Assembly: GCA_041577295.1 (NCBI GenBank)
Contig: JBFGJG010000052.1
Span: 1 to 27,431, forward strand
Reading direction: 5' to 3'
Source of the DNA: Gemmatimonadales bacterium
Lineage (GTDB): Bacteria > Gemmatimonadota > Gemmatimonadetes > Gemmatimonadales > GWC2-71-9
DNA length: 27,431 bases
Position numbers and translations under genes: made by a program. This document shows positions 9,262-19,255 of this stretch, piece after piece (position 1 is the first letter of the stretch; every line of letters starts with the position of its first letter). A model generated the notes under the pieces. It was not told the DNA's origin, did no database searches, and saw only the letters and a program-made list of their open reading frames with translations.

Positions 9262-10369
9262 TCTGCAACATCTTTCCCAGGCGGGTCAACTGCTGTGCGG
9301 GAGCGCACAGTTGAAGCGCCCGTCGGCGCCCGGCCTCCCCCAGCCGTTTTCGCTGCCCGGCGTCGCGAATGAGCTTTTCGAGGTCGTCAGCCAATCGCTC
9401 CGGCCACCCCGGTGGGACGAGCACCCCGCATTCCTCGCTGACGATCTCGAGCGCGGCCCCCAACCGTGATGTGACAACCGGAAGTCCCGTGTGCATCGCC
9501 TCCACAACTGCAAGGCCAAACCCCTCGGGCTTGGTGTTGGGCTGCGCGAAGATGTCGCTCGCCATGAGCAGCTGTGGGATATCGTCTCGCATGCCGAGAA
9601 AGCGAACCCGGGCACCGAGATCCAGTTCGGCGGCCATCCCACGCAGCTCTTGCTCGTGTCGTCGCTCGCGCGGGCTGTTTCCTCCACCCACCAGCCAGGC
9701 GGTCCAGTCGAGGTCGTGCGGCAGCCGGGCGAGCGCGTAGAGCAACATATCGAATCCCTTTCCCAACTCGAGACGGCCCACCTGGATGATGACGACCGTC
9801 TCGTGCGAGACCTCGAGCATCGCGCGCAGGTTGCGGCGCACCACGTGCCGGTTTGCGTCTTCGCGAAACGGGATGGGGGGGTAGATCACCTCCGCGTCGA
9901 TGGAGTAAAGCAGTGGCAACGTACTCTTCGTGAAGCGGCTATTGCAGATCACGGCGCTGGGCGTGACGGTTTTGGCCCAGCGCTCCAACCAGTGTTTGCC
10001 CGTGACGGCGCCGTGCTGCCAGTAGATGAGCGGGACGTTCAGCGCACGCACCGTGCTTCCAAACAATGCGAGGCTCCACGGTGAGTGGCAGATCGCCGCG
10101 TTGATCCGTTCCTCGCGTAGGACCGTGCTCAGCCTCCGACGAGCGCGGAACACGGTCCACGGTCTGCTGACTCGCGCGGGAAAAAGCTGGTGAACTGGTG
10201 CTCCGGCTTGGCGCCACGCGGTGGCGAGACGCTCGTCGAAACACACGGCGAGGTGATGCTCAATATCCGGCTCGAGATGGCGGTGGGTGGCGAGCGTGAT
10301 CAGGATCGTCTCGATTCCGCCAAACAGATTCCCGCTGTGCACGTGTAAGAGTCGCAGCGGTGTCGTCAT
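9230..10369 (-). CDS. Glycosyltransferase family 4
   Basis: 379 aa; LFGGIE, CNSRFT, VGRLELGKG, FLGMRDD and EGFGLAVVEAM. Confidence 0.92.
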   Translation of the reverse strand: MTTPLRLLHVHSGNLFGGIETILITLATHRHLEPDIEHHLAVCFDERLATAWRQAGAPVHQLFPARVSRPWTVFRARRRLSTVLREERINAAICHSPWSLALFGSTVRALNVPLIYWQHGAVTGKHWLERWAKTVTPSAVICNSRFTKSTLPLLYSIDAEVIYPPIPFREDANRHVVRRNLRAMLEVSHETVVIIQVGRLELGKGFDMLLYALARLPHDLDWTAWLVGGGNSPRERRHEQELRGMAAELDLGARVRFLGMRDDIPQLLMASDIFAQPNTKPEGFGLAVVEAMHTGLPVVTSRLGAALEIVSEECGVLVPPGWPERLADDLEKLIRDAGQRKRLGEAGRRRALQLCAPAQQLTRLGKMLQREVGEENRKM

Positions 10370-11451
10370 CCAACGACGCGTTCGTAGACGGCAAGAGTTT
10401 CGAGCGCTACGTCATCCCAGGTACGTCCCCCAGCTCGAACTCGCGCACCCTCGCTCAACTTTTGTCGCAGTGCGGAGTCGCCCATGAGTGCCTGAAGCCC
10501 AGCTGTCACGCCCGCAACCAGTTCGCTGGGTTCCACCAGCCACCCCGATACCCCATGCGTCAAGAGCTCCGAGATGCCTGCCCTTGTGGTAACGATCGCC
10601 GGAGTGCCACACGCCATCGCTTCTGCAACGACGAGACCAAACGAGTCGTAGATGGTGGGGTGCACCAGGACATCGGCAGCCGCGTAGACTGGTCCGGGAT
10701 CGGTGAGCCCACCGATCCACAGTACTCGCTCGGACACACCAGACGCTCGGATCAGAGGATCGTACGGCTCGCGGGCTGAGCGGCTCACGACTGCCAGGTA
10801 CACCCCTCGGGCGGCTGCGATGGCTTCCACCGCGGTCCGAAGCCCCTTGCGCGGATCGCCCACGTAGAGTGCTACGAAGGCATCCGGCGGAAGGCTGAAC
10901 CTCCGGCGTGCGTCGGTGCGGGAGGGTATTGGGCGCCCGGTGGGAAACCCATGGGGCACGATCGTGACATGGTGCTCGCGTCCATAACAGTGCGCCAGTT
11001 CGGATTTGGCCTTGGCACTTGGGGCGATGACAGCGGATGCGGATCGGTACAATCGTTGCTCCCGCCGCTCGACAAAACTCCCGAACGTACGCTCCCCCCG
11101 AGGAGACCTAATGCCGGCCTGGCGGGCTGCCGCTCTCCAGGCACGCAGAATGATGTGCGCCGTCACGACGTTTGCGCTTCCAGTGACCCACCCCTGCGCG
11201 TGCACGATATCATGCGCGCGTCGTCGTCGCACGGCGGCGAACGCTGCCGGAAAGCTCAAGATGGTGGCGTAAGCCCGTCCGGTGAGGGCCGGAACTTTGA
11301 TGACTCGTACGCCGTCGGGAATTGGGGCTCTCACCCCGGTGGCGTACAAGGTGACCTGGTGGTGGCGGGCGATGCGGGTCAGTAGCTCAACGGTGTAGCC
11401 GCCCGTACCCTCGCTGAGGTCGTAGTGGTGAACGACGAGCGCGACGTTCAC
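10366..11451 (-). CDS. Glycosyltransferase family 4 (WaaG/RfaG-like)
   Basis: 361 aa; GTGGY, RKGL and HPTIYDSFGLVVAEAMACG. Confidence 0.92.
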   Translation of the reverse strand: MNVALVVHHYDLSEGTGGYTVELLTRIARHHQVTLYATGVRAPIPDGVRVIKVPALTGRAYATILSFPAAFAAVRRRRAHDIVHAQGWVTGSANVVTAHIILRAWRAAARQAGIRSPRGERTFGSFVERREQRLYRSASAVIAPSAKAKSELAHCYGREHHVTIVPHGFPTGRPIPSRTDARRRFSLPPDAFVALYVGDPRKGLRTAVEAIAAARGVYLAVVSRSAREPYDPLIRASGVSERVLWIGGLTDPGPVYAAADVLVHPTIYDSFGLVVAEAMACGTPAIVTTRAGISELLTHGVSGWLVEPSELVAGVTAGLQALMGDSALRQKLSEGARVRAGGRTWDDVALETLAVYERVVG

Positions 11452-11460
11452 GACAGCGGA

Positions 11461-12228
11461 TCACGCTCGTCGCTGGGCGGTAAACCAAACCTGGCTGGCA
11501 AACAGCGGTGATAACCACCTGATGGGCGACGTGGCCGTTTCCAAGATCTCGAATCGGTCACGGAGTTCTTCACGGAGGACACGCCAGTTAAACCCCTTGT
11601 GATCGTGAAAAGAGGAGCCGTCGGCATTGAGGTGGATCGGCCGAACGATGTGCTGCCGTGAGCCCGCAAACAAGCCGGAGATCAGTTCAGGGGGGGTGTA
11701 CGGTGTCGTTCCCGGATAGTCGCCAATGCCCCGCCACCCGGCAATGCGCCGCGCGAGCTGTTTGACCGGGAGGGGTGGGCCGATCTCGACCGGAACGCTC
11801 AGCAGCAGTAACCCCCCCGGCGTCAACAGATCCGCCATCCGGTGTAACACGGTCGTTCGTCCCACCACATGCTCGAGTACTTCCATGCAGATGATGCCAT
11901 CGAACGAGCCCTGATAGCGTGGGTGGGCTAGCTGTTCCTTGCTCACAAACGACAGGCCCCGGATGCTCCCCAACCGCTCCTTACAGTCTCGAAGCAAATC
12001 CTCGGTGATCTCCATCCCAACGCCCTGGTCCGGGGCATGCTCACTCTCCATCAACATGGCGAGGAACGTCCCGTCGCCGCAGCCGAAGTCGAGCACGCGG
12101 AGCCCCTCGAACACCTTTGCGAACTCGAGCGCAGTTTCGAACCGTCGCCGATGCGTCCACGCGATCAGCCGACTCGGGCTCATCAGCTGCTTGAGGGCGT
12201 AGTGACCTCGGTGGGTTTCTAGGCGCAT
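11461..12228 (-). CDS. Class I SAM-dependent methyltransferase
   Basis: 255 aa; VLDFGCGDG, FDGIICMEVLEHV and LTPGGLLLLSVP. Confidence 0.9.
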   Translation of the reverse strand: MRLETHRGHYALKQLMSPSRLIAWTHRRRFETALEFAKVFEGLRVLDFGCGDGTFLAMLMESEHAPDQGVGMEITEDLLRDCKERLGSIRGLSFVSKEQLAHPRYQGSFDGIICMEVLEHVVGRTTVLHRMADLLTPGGLLLLSVPVEIGPPLPVKQLARRIAGWRGIGDYPGTTPYTPPELISGLFAGSRQHIVRPIHLNADGSSFHDHKGFNWRVLREELRDRFEILETATSPIRWLSPLFASQVWFTAQRRA

Positions 12229-12237
12229 GCTAAGACC

Positions 12238-12305
12238 CGGGCAGCGGGAAAAGGGGAACGGGAAACGGGAAGCGGGAAATCAAAAATCACTTTTCCCTTT
12301 TTCCC
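12238..12305. repeat. Six-unit heptamer array with inverted copies across a GT4 stop codon
   Basis: CGGGCAG CGGGAAA AGGGGAA CGGGAAA CGGGAAG CGGGAAA (12238-12279), stop codon at 12280-12282, then TTTTCCC TTTTTCCC (12291-12305). Confidence 0.85.
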
Positions 12306-13440
12306 TTGCCTGTTCGACGAGATCCTCGAGCTGATCGAACACCCGACCGCGCTCGTAGCGCTCGCAGACCATGGCGCGGCCAGCCATCGCCCGACGCTTA
12401 CACTCCTCCGGGTCGTCGAGCGCTGCCGCGATGCAATCGGCCAGCGCCTCCACCTCTCCCACCGGGTAGCTCCAACCGGTCTCACCATCCCGAATCGTCT
12501 CTCGCAAGCCGCCGACCGCGGTCGCAACGACGGGCACCCCACAGGCAAGCGCCTCGAGCGGTGAGAATCCCAGTCCCTCTTCGCGGCTGGCCTGCACACA
12601 AAGATCGGACGCCTGGTAGTCGAGCGGCAGCTCATCGTGCGGGTGCACGGCATTCGTGGCGATAACGTGTGATGCGATGTCCAGCGATTGTGCCACAGCG
12701 GAGAACTGACGAAAGCCGCCGCTGCGATGCAACACGCGCACGTTGCGGTTCCGTTGCACGAGCGTGCGAATCGCGCGCAACAACGTCACCGCATCCTTCT
12801 CCGGCGCCACACGGCTGGAGAAGAAGACGAGGTCGCCGTCAACGGGAAGCAACCTCTGACGGCGTATCACTGCCTTCGGAAGGTGGCTCGGTGCGAAGCG
12901 CTGAGTGTCCACACCGTAGATCGGGATGACGTTGATGGGAAGGTGCCCACCGGGTTGACGCACGACCCGTGCGAGATGGTCACTGAGCACGATGTAGCCT
13001 TGTCCCAAACGCGCGTTGGCAGCGGCCAGCGACTGGAGACCCCAGAGCGCCGATCGACGGAACCTCTTGCCGTTGGATCGGTCGATCTTTCTGCACCGGT
13101 AGTACGCCTCGACGGGGCTACAGACCAGCATCCAGGTCGCGCGACTCGTACGTCGTCCAGCGAGGTTGGCAGCCAGCGCAGCGAGACCATACCCCTGTAC
13201 GATCACGGTATCAAAGCGGTGTCCGGGCTCGGTGAGAAAGCGGTACACCTCTCTGGCGAAATGTGCACGATTGGGAGAGCCGACGGTCACCGCGTCCGCT
13301 GTCTCGGTGGGCTGGCTTACCTCGACGCCACCGGGGATGCGCCGCGCCAGGATGGTCAGCGTGAACTGTTCGGCAAGGCCCTCGACGAGACGAACGTCGG
13401 TGCCACTCTCCACCACGAAGCACACGCGCGATCGTGCCAT
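12280..13440 (-). CDS. Glycosyltransferase family 4
   Basis: 386 aa; IYGVDT, SRVAPEKD and ASREEGLGFSPLEALACGVP. Confidence 0.92.
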   Translation of the reverse strand: MARSRVCFVVESGTDVRLVEGLAEQFTLTILARRIPGGVEVSQPTETADAVTVGSPNRAHFAREVYRFLTEPGHRFDTVIVQGYGLAALAANLAGRRTSRATWMLVCSPVEAYYRCRKIDRSNGKRFRRSALWGLQSLAAANARLGQGYIVLSDHLARVVRQPGGHLPINVIPIYGVDTQRFAPSHLPKAVIRRQRLLPVDGDLVFFSSRVAPEKDAVTLLRAIRTLVQRNRNVRVLHRSGGFRQFSAVAQSLDIASHVIATNAVHPHDELPLDYQASDLCVQASREEGLGFSPLEALACGVPVVATAVGGLRETIRDGETGWSYPVGEVEALADCIAAALDDPEECKRRAMAGRAMVCERYERGRVFDQLEDLVEQAREKGKSDF

Positions 13441-14687
13441 TAGACGCGTGTCCCGACGACCGACGTGAAGACGTCTTCGAGCTCCTTCACGTGCCGATCG
13501 AGGTTGAACCGCTGTACCGTCTCGCGGGCTCCGCTGCGTAGTCGTTCATAGCCCACCGGGTCACCCAGCGCTTTGACGATTGCATGTGCCAGATCCTCGG
13601 CACGCGGCGGCGACGCCGAAGCGAGGTATCCGTTGACTCCGTTCAGCAACCACTCGGAGATTCCCCCAACATCGAACGCCACCGCCGGGACACCTCGCAA
13701 CGCCGACTCGGGTCCGACCTGCCCAAACGGCTCTGGCCACAGACTCGGAACGACCAGGAGATGCGTCGTCAGAAGCAGCCGGTCGATGGCCTCAAATCCC
13801 AACCAGCCGAGGAAATCGACCACGATTGGGGGATCGGCAGCCTGGAAATGTTGTGCTTGCCGCTCCCACTGCTCGCGATCGGGCCCGTCACCAATCATGG
13901 TCAAATGCACCGGACGGCGAAGCGTGGTCGCCACCTGCGGCAGGGCGGAGAGCAAGACCCTTCCGCCCTTCAAAAAGTCCATCCGGCCCACGAACAGCAG
14001 TTGGAACGACAACCCCCCCGATTCCGAATCGGCCACACCCTGTACCGACGACCCTTCACCCCAGAGATCGCGCTCGGCACCGGCGGCGCGAACGTAATGG
14101 GTGAGTTTGTGCACGTCGCCGTCTCGCAAACCGTGCTTCATAAACTCGCGTCGCATGTGTTCCGAGGCCGTCACAATCGCCGCGTAGTGAGAGAGCAGCC
14201 GGTTCCGACCGCGTTGACGTCGGTACTCGCGCATCATCGAGACCGGGCTCCACCCTCCACAATGGTGCGGGTAGTAGTGAGCTAGGCACATCAGGCCAAA
14301 CCGACGGCTGCAAGGCCTCACGCTCAAGCTCTTGAACGTCTTTGAGCCGCTGACGCAGGTACCGTGGTATCCGTGCGCAAACAACACCGCGGGAGCCAGT
14401 TCGAGGAGGTCCCGTTCGAGCGACGGATCCTCCAGTTGATGGACGTAGACGAGGTCGGGCGCCCAGTCGCCCGCGTTGCGGAGCGCGCCGGCGCGACCGA
14501 TGCTATCGACGGCCCAGCGCGGCGCCCGTTCGGGCAGAGCGATGGGCGTTCGGTCGATCGGCGCGTCCAGCTCGCTGAGCAAGCCGAGCTCGTGACCTCT
14601 CGCGCCGAGACACGGCAACAAATCTCCAAGGTAGGTCTCCGCTCCGCCGACTTCGCGAGAGGACCAGTTGGCTACGAGGATGCGCAC
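13440..14687 (-). CDS. Glycosyltransferase family 4 with Cys-rich insert
   Basis: VRILVAN..GGAETY, FVGRMDFLKG and VPSLWPEPFGQVGPE. Start set at GTG 14687 because the ORF-track start (14930) lies inside the FkbM gene. Confidence 0.9.
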   Translation of the reverse strand: MRILVANWSSREVGGAETYLGDLLPCLGARGHELGLLSELDAPIDRTPIALPERAPRWAVDSIGRAGALRNAGDWAPDLVYVHQLEDPSLERDLLELAPAVLFAHGYHGTCVSGSKTFKSLSVRPCSRRFGLMCLAHYYPHHCGGWSPVSMMREYRRQRGRNRLLSHYAAIVTASEHMRREFMKHGLRDGDVHKLTHYVRAAGAERDLWGEGSSVQGVADSESGGLSFQLLFVGRMDFLKGGRVLLSALPQVATTLRRPVHLTMIGDGPDREQWERQAQHFQAADPPIVVDFLGWLGFEAIDRLLLTTHLLVVPSLWPEPFGQVGPESALRGVPAVAFDVGGISEWLLNGVNGYLASASPPRAEDLAHAIVKALGDPVGYERLRSGARETVQRFNLDRHVKELEDVFTSVVGTRV

Positions 14688-14715
14688 GTGTGTTGCCGTG
14701 GGATCGGCCGACGTC

Positions 14716-15555
14716 TCATGCGGGTTCGAGAGAGACCGCCCCGTACTCTCGAATGGGGTCGCCTTGTCCGGAAAGCGAGACAGGGCGACGACCCATGGCT
14801 TCGAGGAGCTGGTGGAAATCGCCGGCGTTCGAGCCGACACCGGACCAAATTGATGGATGCATCTCCACGACGACACCTGTGTCGTGCCGCGTGATGGTCT
14901 CGCGCGCTCCGTCCAGTGCCGCGTATTCAAAACCCTCGATGTCGATCACGATCCAGTCCGGGACGAGGTCCCGCTCCTTGCAAAATCGATCAATCGATGT
15001 GATCGGGACCGTGGTTCGCTTTGCCCTGTCGGCCACCAACGGATTGGGCTCGTGAAGCCGGCTCATGCCATCTGCGTCCGTTGCATAGAACGGTTGCTCG
15101 CCACACGCAGCGCCCACGGCCATCGGAACGATGTCGACGAGTTGCTGAAGCCGGTTGTAGCGCAGATGTCTCTCTAAGATCCGAGCGGCTGCCGGATTGG
15201 GCTCGAACGCGTAGACTCGTCCGGCCGGCTGCACCCAAAACGCCATTTGCAGCACGTACGCGCCAACGTTGGCGCCGACATCGAGGCACACGGCGTTGGG
15301 GTGAATACGATCCGCGAGGAAATCTGCGACAGCCGTCTCGTACACACGAGGGAGACGATGCCGCTGACGGGGATCGATGCGGCACGGCACACCGTTGATG
15401 GACCACCGAATCCCGCGGCCCGCACTCAACCACAGCAGGCCGGTCTCATATGCCGGACGCAACCAGCGAACGATGGGGGATTCGTGGCCAACCGTGCCGG
15501 CAAGCCGGCTCACCGCAGTCTGAACCGGCGTTATGCCCGGTAGATCTCGAGACAT
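14716..15555 (-). CDS. FkbM-family methyltransferase
   Basis: LDVGANVGAY, VYAFEPNP, IDIEGFE..ALDGA and VEMHP. Likely start ATG 15555. Confidence 0.9.
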   Translation of the reverse strand: MSRDLPGITPVQTAVSRLAGTVGHESPIVRWLRPAYETGLLWLSAGRGIRWSINGVPCRIDPRQRHRLPRVYETAVADFLADRIHPNAVCLDVGANVGAYVLQMAFWVQPAGRVYAFEPNPAAARILERHLRYNRLQQLVDIVPMAVGAACGEQPFYATDADGMSRLHEPNPLVADRAKRTTVPITSIDRFCKERDLVPDWIVIDIEGFEYAALDGARETITRHDTGVVVEMHPSIWSGVGSNAGDFHQLLEAMGRRPVSLSGQGDPIREYGAVSLEPA

Positions 15556-16616
15556 CGATCGACCACTGCGTTCCACGTAAACGTGCTCTCTACTCGCTCC
15601 CGCGCGGCGCCGCCCATCCGAGCCCACTCCTGCGGGTGATCTCGCAACCACGCGAGTTTGGCGCCGATCGCCTCACCATCGTTCGGTGGCACGACGAACC
15701 CGCTCACCTCGTGGTCCACGACTTCCGGCATGCTGGCCACATCGGTGCACAGCGCCGGTGTGCCGCAGGCCATTCCTTCAACGAGGGTCTGTCCCAACAG
15801 TTCGGGTACCTTGGTGCGGTCGCCGTACACGGTCTGGTAGACGCTCGACAACACGATGCACAGGGCCTCCCGGTACGCCGTAATGAGGTCAGCGTCATCC
15901 ACGTTATGGCGGAATTCGACGCGCTTACCCTGCGCCAGCTGCTCGAGGTCCCGAGCGTACCGCTGGTCATAGGGGGCTCCGATCACGATGAGCTCCATGT
16001 CCACAGGGAGCCCCTCAATGAGGTAGTTGACGCCTTTGTGCGGGAGCAGGCGGCCCACATAAAGTGCGTATCCCTTGCGGGGGACGTTGCGGCTCGGGGA
16101 GAACTTCTGGGTATCCACACCCCCCAAAATGACGTGGGCACGCGGGTTATTACTGTGACCGAAGACGCGTTTGCTGTACTCGCTGATGTGAAGGTGACCG
16201 TGGTACCACCGGTCGGTCGACACGTAGGCCGACACGTCCCATCCGCCGCCACCCAGGTCGCTCACGAACACCCGCCGGCCGGTCAGCCGGCAGAAGAGCG
16301 CCGCCAGGCTGCTGGCAAGGATGTGCTGCTGGTGACAGTGGATGACCGTGGCCGGCCGGAGGCGGCTGAACAGGCGGGGGCTGAACGGGTTGGCGTGTTG
16401 CCCACGCACGTGGAGCGGGCGGCCGATGACGTCGATCTGTAAGTCGCCCTCGCCGGTGGTCCGGTCTTCGGGTCCGAACGTCACGAGCGACGTGGGGACG
16501 GCCGCCGCCATCGCCTTGGCCAGCTCCAGGACGTACCGCTCAGCTCCGCCTACGATTCCCTGAGGTCCAAAGAGAGCCGGTACCAGGTGGATTACTCGAA
16601 AATCACGTTTCGGCAT
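15531..16616 (-). CDS. Glycosyltransferase family 4
   Basis: 361 aa; GGAERY, YVGRLLPHKG and ELLGQTLVEGMACGTP. Confidence 0.92.
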   Translation of the reverse strand: MPKRDFRVIHLVPALFGPQGIVGGAERYVLELAKAMAAAVPTSLVTFGPEDRTTGEGDLQIDVIGRPLHVRGQHANPFSPRLFSRLRPATVIHCHQQHILASSLAALFCRLTGRRVFVSDLGGGGWDVSAYVSTDRWYHGHLHISEYSKRVFGHSNNPRAHVILGGVDTQKFSPSRNVPRKGYALYVGRLLPHKGVNYLIEGLPVDMELIVIGAPYDQRYARDLEQLAQGKRVEFRHNVDDADLITAYREALCIVLSSVYQTVYGDRTKVPELLGQTLVEGMACGTPALCTDVASMPEVVDHEVSGFVVPPNDGEAIGAKLAWLRDHPQEWARMGGAARERVESTFTWNAVVDRCLEIYRA

Positions 16617-18144
16617 CGGTGGTCGCGGCGGAGCGCAGCACGATCCGGCGAAGGTTGGCGAGGCGAGGGCGAACGTAGAGCCCGAGTGGGTCTCTCAGGG
16701 CCACGGGGAGCATGAGCGCCGTGTAGGCCGTCCCGGCTGCAAGCGTGGCAAGCACCAGGGTCGGGAGGGTTTTGGGCACCCAGGTCTGCGCGGCCGCGAC
16801 GGCTACGACGACCAGTAGTGCGAAGCGCCAGACCCACGGCCACAGGCTCGTGATCAATCCGGCGAGGGAGACACCGAGCTCTTTCGCAAGGGCCGTGAGG
16901 TTAGCGGGAAGGCTGATGAAGACGGCCCCGAGGGTTGCACCGATCGCGGCACCGATCAATCCGTAGCGGCTTATGAGGAAAATCGAGAATCCAACCGTGA
17001 CGGCGCCGTCGAACAGCGTGGTCAACGAGATGTGTCGATCGCGTCCAAACGCAAACAGCGAGTAGACGGCGGTGACGTTCCAGTGCCGGAGGAGCATGCC
17101 GGTCAAGAGAAGGATGGTGAGGAGCTCGCCACCGTACTGGTCCGCGCCTACCCACCACGTCACGAAACCCTCATTCACCACGAGCACCACGCAGACGATG
17201 CCACCGCTCATGATGAGGATCGCTTTCGTAAGCGCGGTGCACACCTGGGTCAATCGCTCCCGTGCGTCGCTCGTTCTCAGCTCACTGAGTGCCGGTTGCG
17301 CCGCTTCAGCCAGCATCTGCGGCTGATGACCGAGCACCGTGAGGACCTTGGCCGTGCAGAAGTACGGGACAACCGCCTGAGGCCCGAGGATCTTGCCGAT
17401 GATGAGCAGGTCCGTACCGGTCATCAGCACTTGAGCGACCTGCTGGACGCTGATCCAGCCGCCGCGGGCAAAGCGATCGCGAAGCGTATCCCGTGAGAGT
17501 GAGGGCCACGTCCAGCGGGCGATTTGCGGGTACTGTCGGCGGAGCCTGATCCACCAGACCACGGCCGACACGAGCTGGCTGACGCCCCATCCAATGGCCA
17601 GGGCATACAGGCCGAAACCCGCGAAAACCAGCCCCACCGTGAGGGCCGTGCTGACCAGCCACGCCACGGTGTGTGCCCCTCCGAGGAACGCGAGGTCCTG
17701 GACGCCGGTCAACACCGCCTGGAGGATGCGCGCGGGGAAGGTGAGGACGAAGACGCCCATGACGATGGCCAGCGGGTACTCGAGCGGCGCCCATTCCGCT
17801 GGCAGTAGCGTCCAGACGGCAAACGCCACGATGGCGACGAGGGGCAGCTGCCAAACCACGATGCGGGTGGTGCGGCCCACGATCTCGGGCAAGTCCTGCG
17901 CGTGCTCCACCCCTCCTGCTCGTCCAACCGCAAAGGCCGCTTCGCGAGGAAGGAGACCAACCACGCCGAGGTCGAGGAGAAGCAGATAGCCGAGGATCCG
18001 CGTCGCAACCAACCACAGACCGTAGTCCGCTTGTCCCAGACGCGTCAGCAGGAACGCAGTGAGCCAGAGTCCGACGAGGGTGATCAGGGCCTGGTTGAAG
18101 TACCCGAAGGCCAGGCCGCCCAGGAAGCGTCGGGTACGCGTCAC
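16603..18144 (-). CDS. wzx: Wzx-like oligosaccharide flippase (MOP family)
   Basis: Roughly 13-14 TM segments; LG..DYGLW, LLDLG, TDLLIIG and YGLIGAAIG. GTG start at 18144 overlaps the upstream stop (GTGA). Confidence 0.85.
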   Translation of the reverse strand: MTRTRRFLGGLAFGYFNQALITLVGLWLTAFLLTRLGQADYGLWLVATRILGYLLLLDLGVVGLLPREAAFAVGRAGGVEHAQDLPEIVGRTTRIVVWQLPLVAIVAFAVWTLLPAEWAPLEYPLAIVMGVFVLTFPARILQAVLTGVQDLAFLGGAHTVAWLVSTALTVGLVFAGFGLYALAIGWGVSQLVSAVVWWIRLRRQYPQIARWTWPSLSRDTLRDRFARGGWISVQQVAQVLMTGTDLLIIGKILGPQAVVPYFCTAKVLTVLGHQPQMLAEAAQPALSELRTSDARERLTQVCTALTKAILIMSGGIVCVVLVVNEGFVTWWVGADQYGGELLTILLLTGMLLRHWNVTAVYSLFAFGRDRHISLTTLFDGAVTVGFSIFLISRYGLIGAAIGATLGAVFISLPANLTALAKELGVSLAGLITSLWPWVWRFALLVVVAVAAAQTWVPKTLPTLVLATLAAGTAYTALMLPVALRDPLGLYVRPRLANLRRIVLRSAATTDAET

Positions 18145-19163
18145 TGTGAGCCGTCCAGCAGTATCGCGAGCAGTGTGGCATCGAGTCGGTGGGTCTCGAG
18201 ATGCTTGTCGTACCAGCGGCGCCGGGCTCGGCGCGCTTCCTCCGTGTCCGGTGTGATCCACAGTCGGCTCGCTATGGTCACGAACTCAGTTTCGCTGCTG
18301 GCGGCGTCGAGAGGACCCTCGACGAAGAAGGGATCCGCGAGGTGGCCGGTGCTCGAGACCAGTCGGGCGCCGGCGCCGAGTGCTGCGAGTGCGGAGGTGC
18401 GCCGTCCGGTGATACCGTCAACAAAGGGTGCCAACACCACCGAGGCACGACCCAGGTACTCGAGAACCCGTTTGGCCGGGAGCCGGCCGGTGCACTCCCA
18501 CGATGCGTTCCAAAAACGGCCGGTCTGCTCGTGACGTCGTAGCTCGGATTGGGTGGCTCCGATTACGATGAGCTCACGCGTGGCACCGATGTGCCGAGAG
18601 GCGTGCGCCACCCATTCCCAACGGAACCCGGCGGCAAACGGTGAGAAAACCACCGGTCCATCGAGCGAGTCCAGCGTAGCGCTCTGGACCGGAGGCTCCC
18701 CAAGGGTGCTGCCGACATACAGGAGTTGGGTCTTACCGCCCAGGAGCTCGACCCATGCAGGTACCGGTGTCAGCACCGCGTGCGAGCATGCCATCAACCG
18801 CTTGAGCTGACGGCGCTGGAGCGGTGACAACGCGAGCCAGGGGAGCCGCGTCGGCGGGACCCACGGTTCGTGAACGAACGTGACAACGCGCAGCCCACGC
18901 TTTCGAGCAAGTTTCGCGACCTGCTTTGGGAAGCGGGACAAACCGCGCCGGCCATACAGGAAGGGCACGTACTGGATGAGGAGAGCGAGCGCGCCTCCGT
19001 CGGCAACCCGCGCAACGAACTCCGCGGGGTGAACACTCAGCGTTCCCAAGACACGCGGCTGGACATTCCGTTCGCCAAAATGCCGCACCAGACGAGCGGT
19101 GTGATCGGTCACGCCTCCCGGAACATTGGGGTACCCTGGAGAAAGGATGACGACTTCAGCCAT
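18141..19163 (-). CDS. Divergent GT-B glycosyltransferase
   Basis: 340 aa; PGGVTDHT, IQYVP, FVHE and PFVDGITGRRTS. No canonical EX7E motif. First gene of the leftward operon. Confidence 0.75.
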   Translation of the reverse strand: MAEVVILSPGYPNVPGGVTDHTARLVRHFGERNVQPRVLGTLSVHPAEFVARVADGGALALLIQYVPFLYGRRGLSRFPKQVAKLARKRGLRVVTFVHEPWVPPTRLPWLALSPLQRRQLKRLMACSHAVLTPVPAWVELLGGKTQLLYVGSTLGEPPVQSATLDSLDGPVVFSPFAAGFRWEWVAHASRHIGATRELIVIGATQSELRRHEQTGRFWNASWECTGRLPAKRVLEYLGRASVVLAPFVDGITGRRTSALAALGAGARLVSSTGHLADPFFVEGPLDAASSETEFVTIASRLWITPDTEEARRARRRWYDKHLETHRLDATLLAILLDGSQ

Positions 19164-19193
19164 CCCCTCTATCCTCTCTCGCCCCTCTCTTTG

Positions 19194-19226
19194 TTGACAT
19201 CTGTCCCTTCACCGCCTGTTTTACAT
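19194..19226 (+). promoter_or_regulatory. Candidate sigma70 promoter for the wecA-like gene
   Basis: Perfect TTGACA at 19194-19199 in the divergent gap; AT-rich TGTTTTACAT begins 17 nt later, but the -10 match is poor. Confidence 0.35.
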
Positions 19227-19255
19227 GCGACCGTACCCCCGGAGCCACAGAGACA

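Noticed and set aside
12238..12305. CRISPR interpretation of the short repeats
   Set aside because: Units are 7-9 nt with no spacers, and there are no cas genes.
15450..16442. 330-aa antisense ORF opposite a GT4 gene
   Set aside because: Shadow ORF that almost entirely overlaps a well-supported gene.
19164..19192. CCCCTCT-like repeats upstream of the GT start
   Set aside because: No inverted partner; explainable as a purine-rich SD region on the minus strand.
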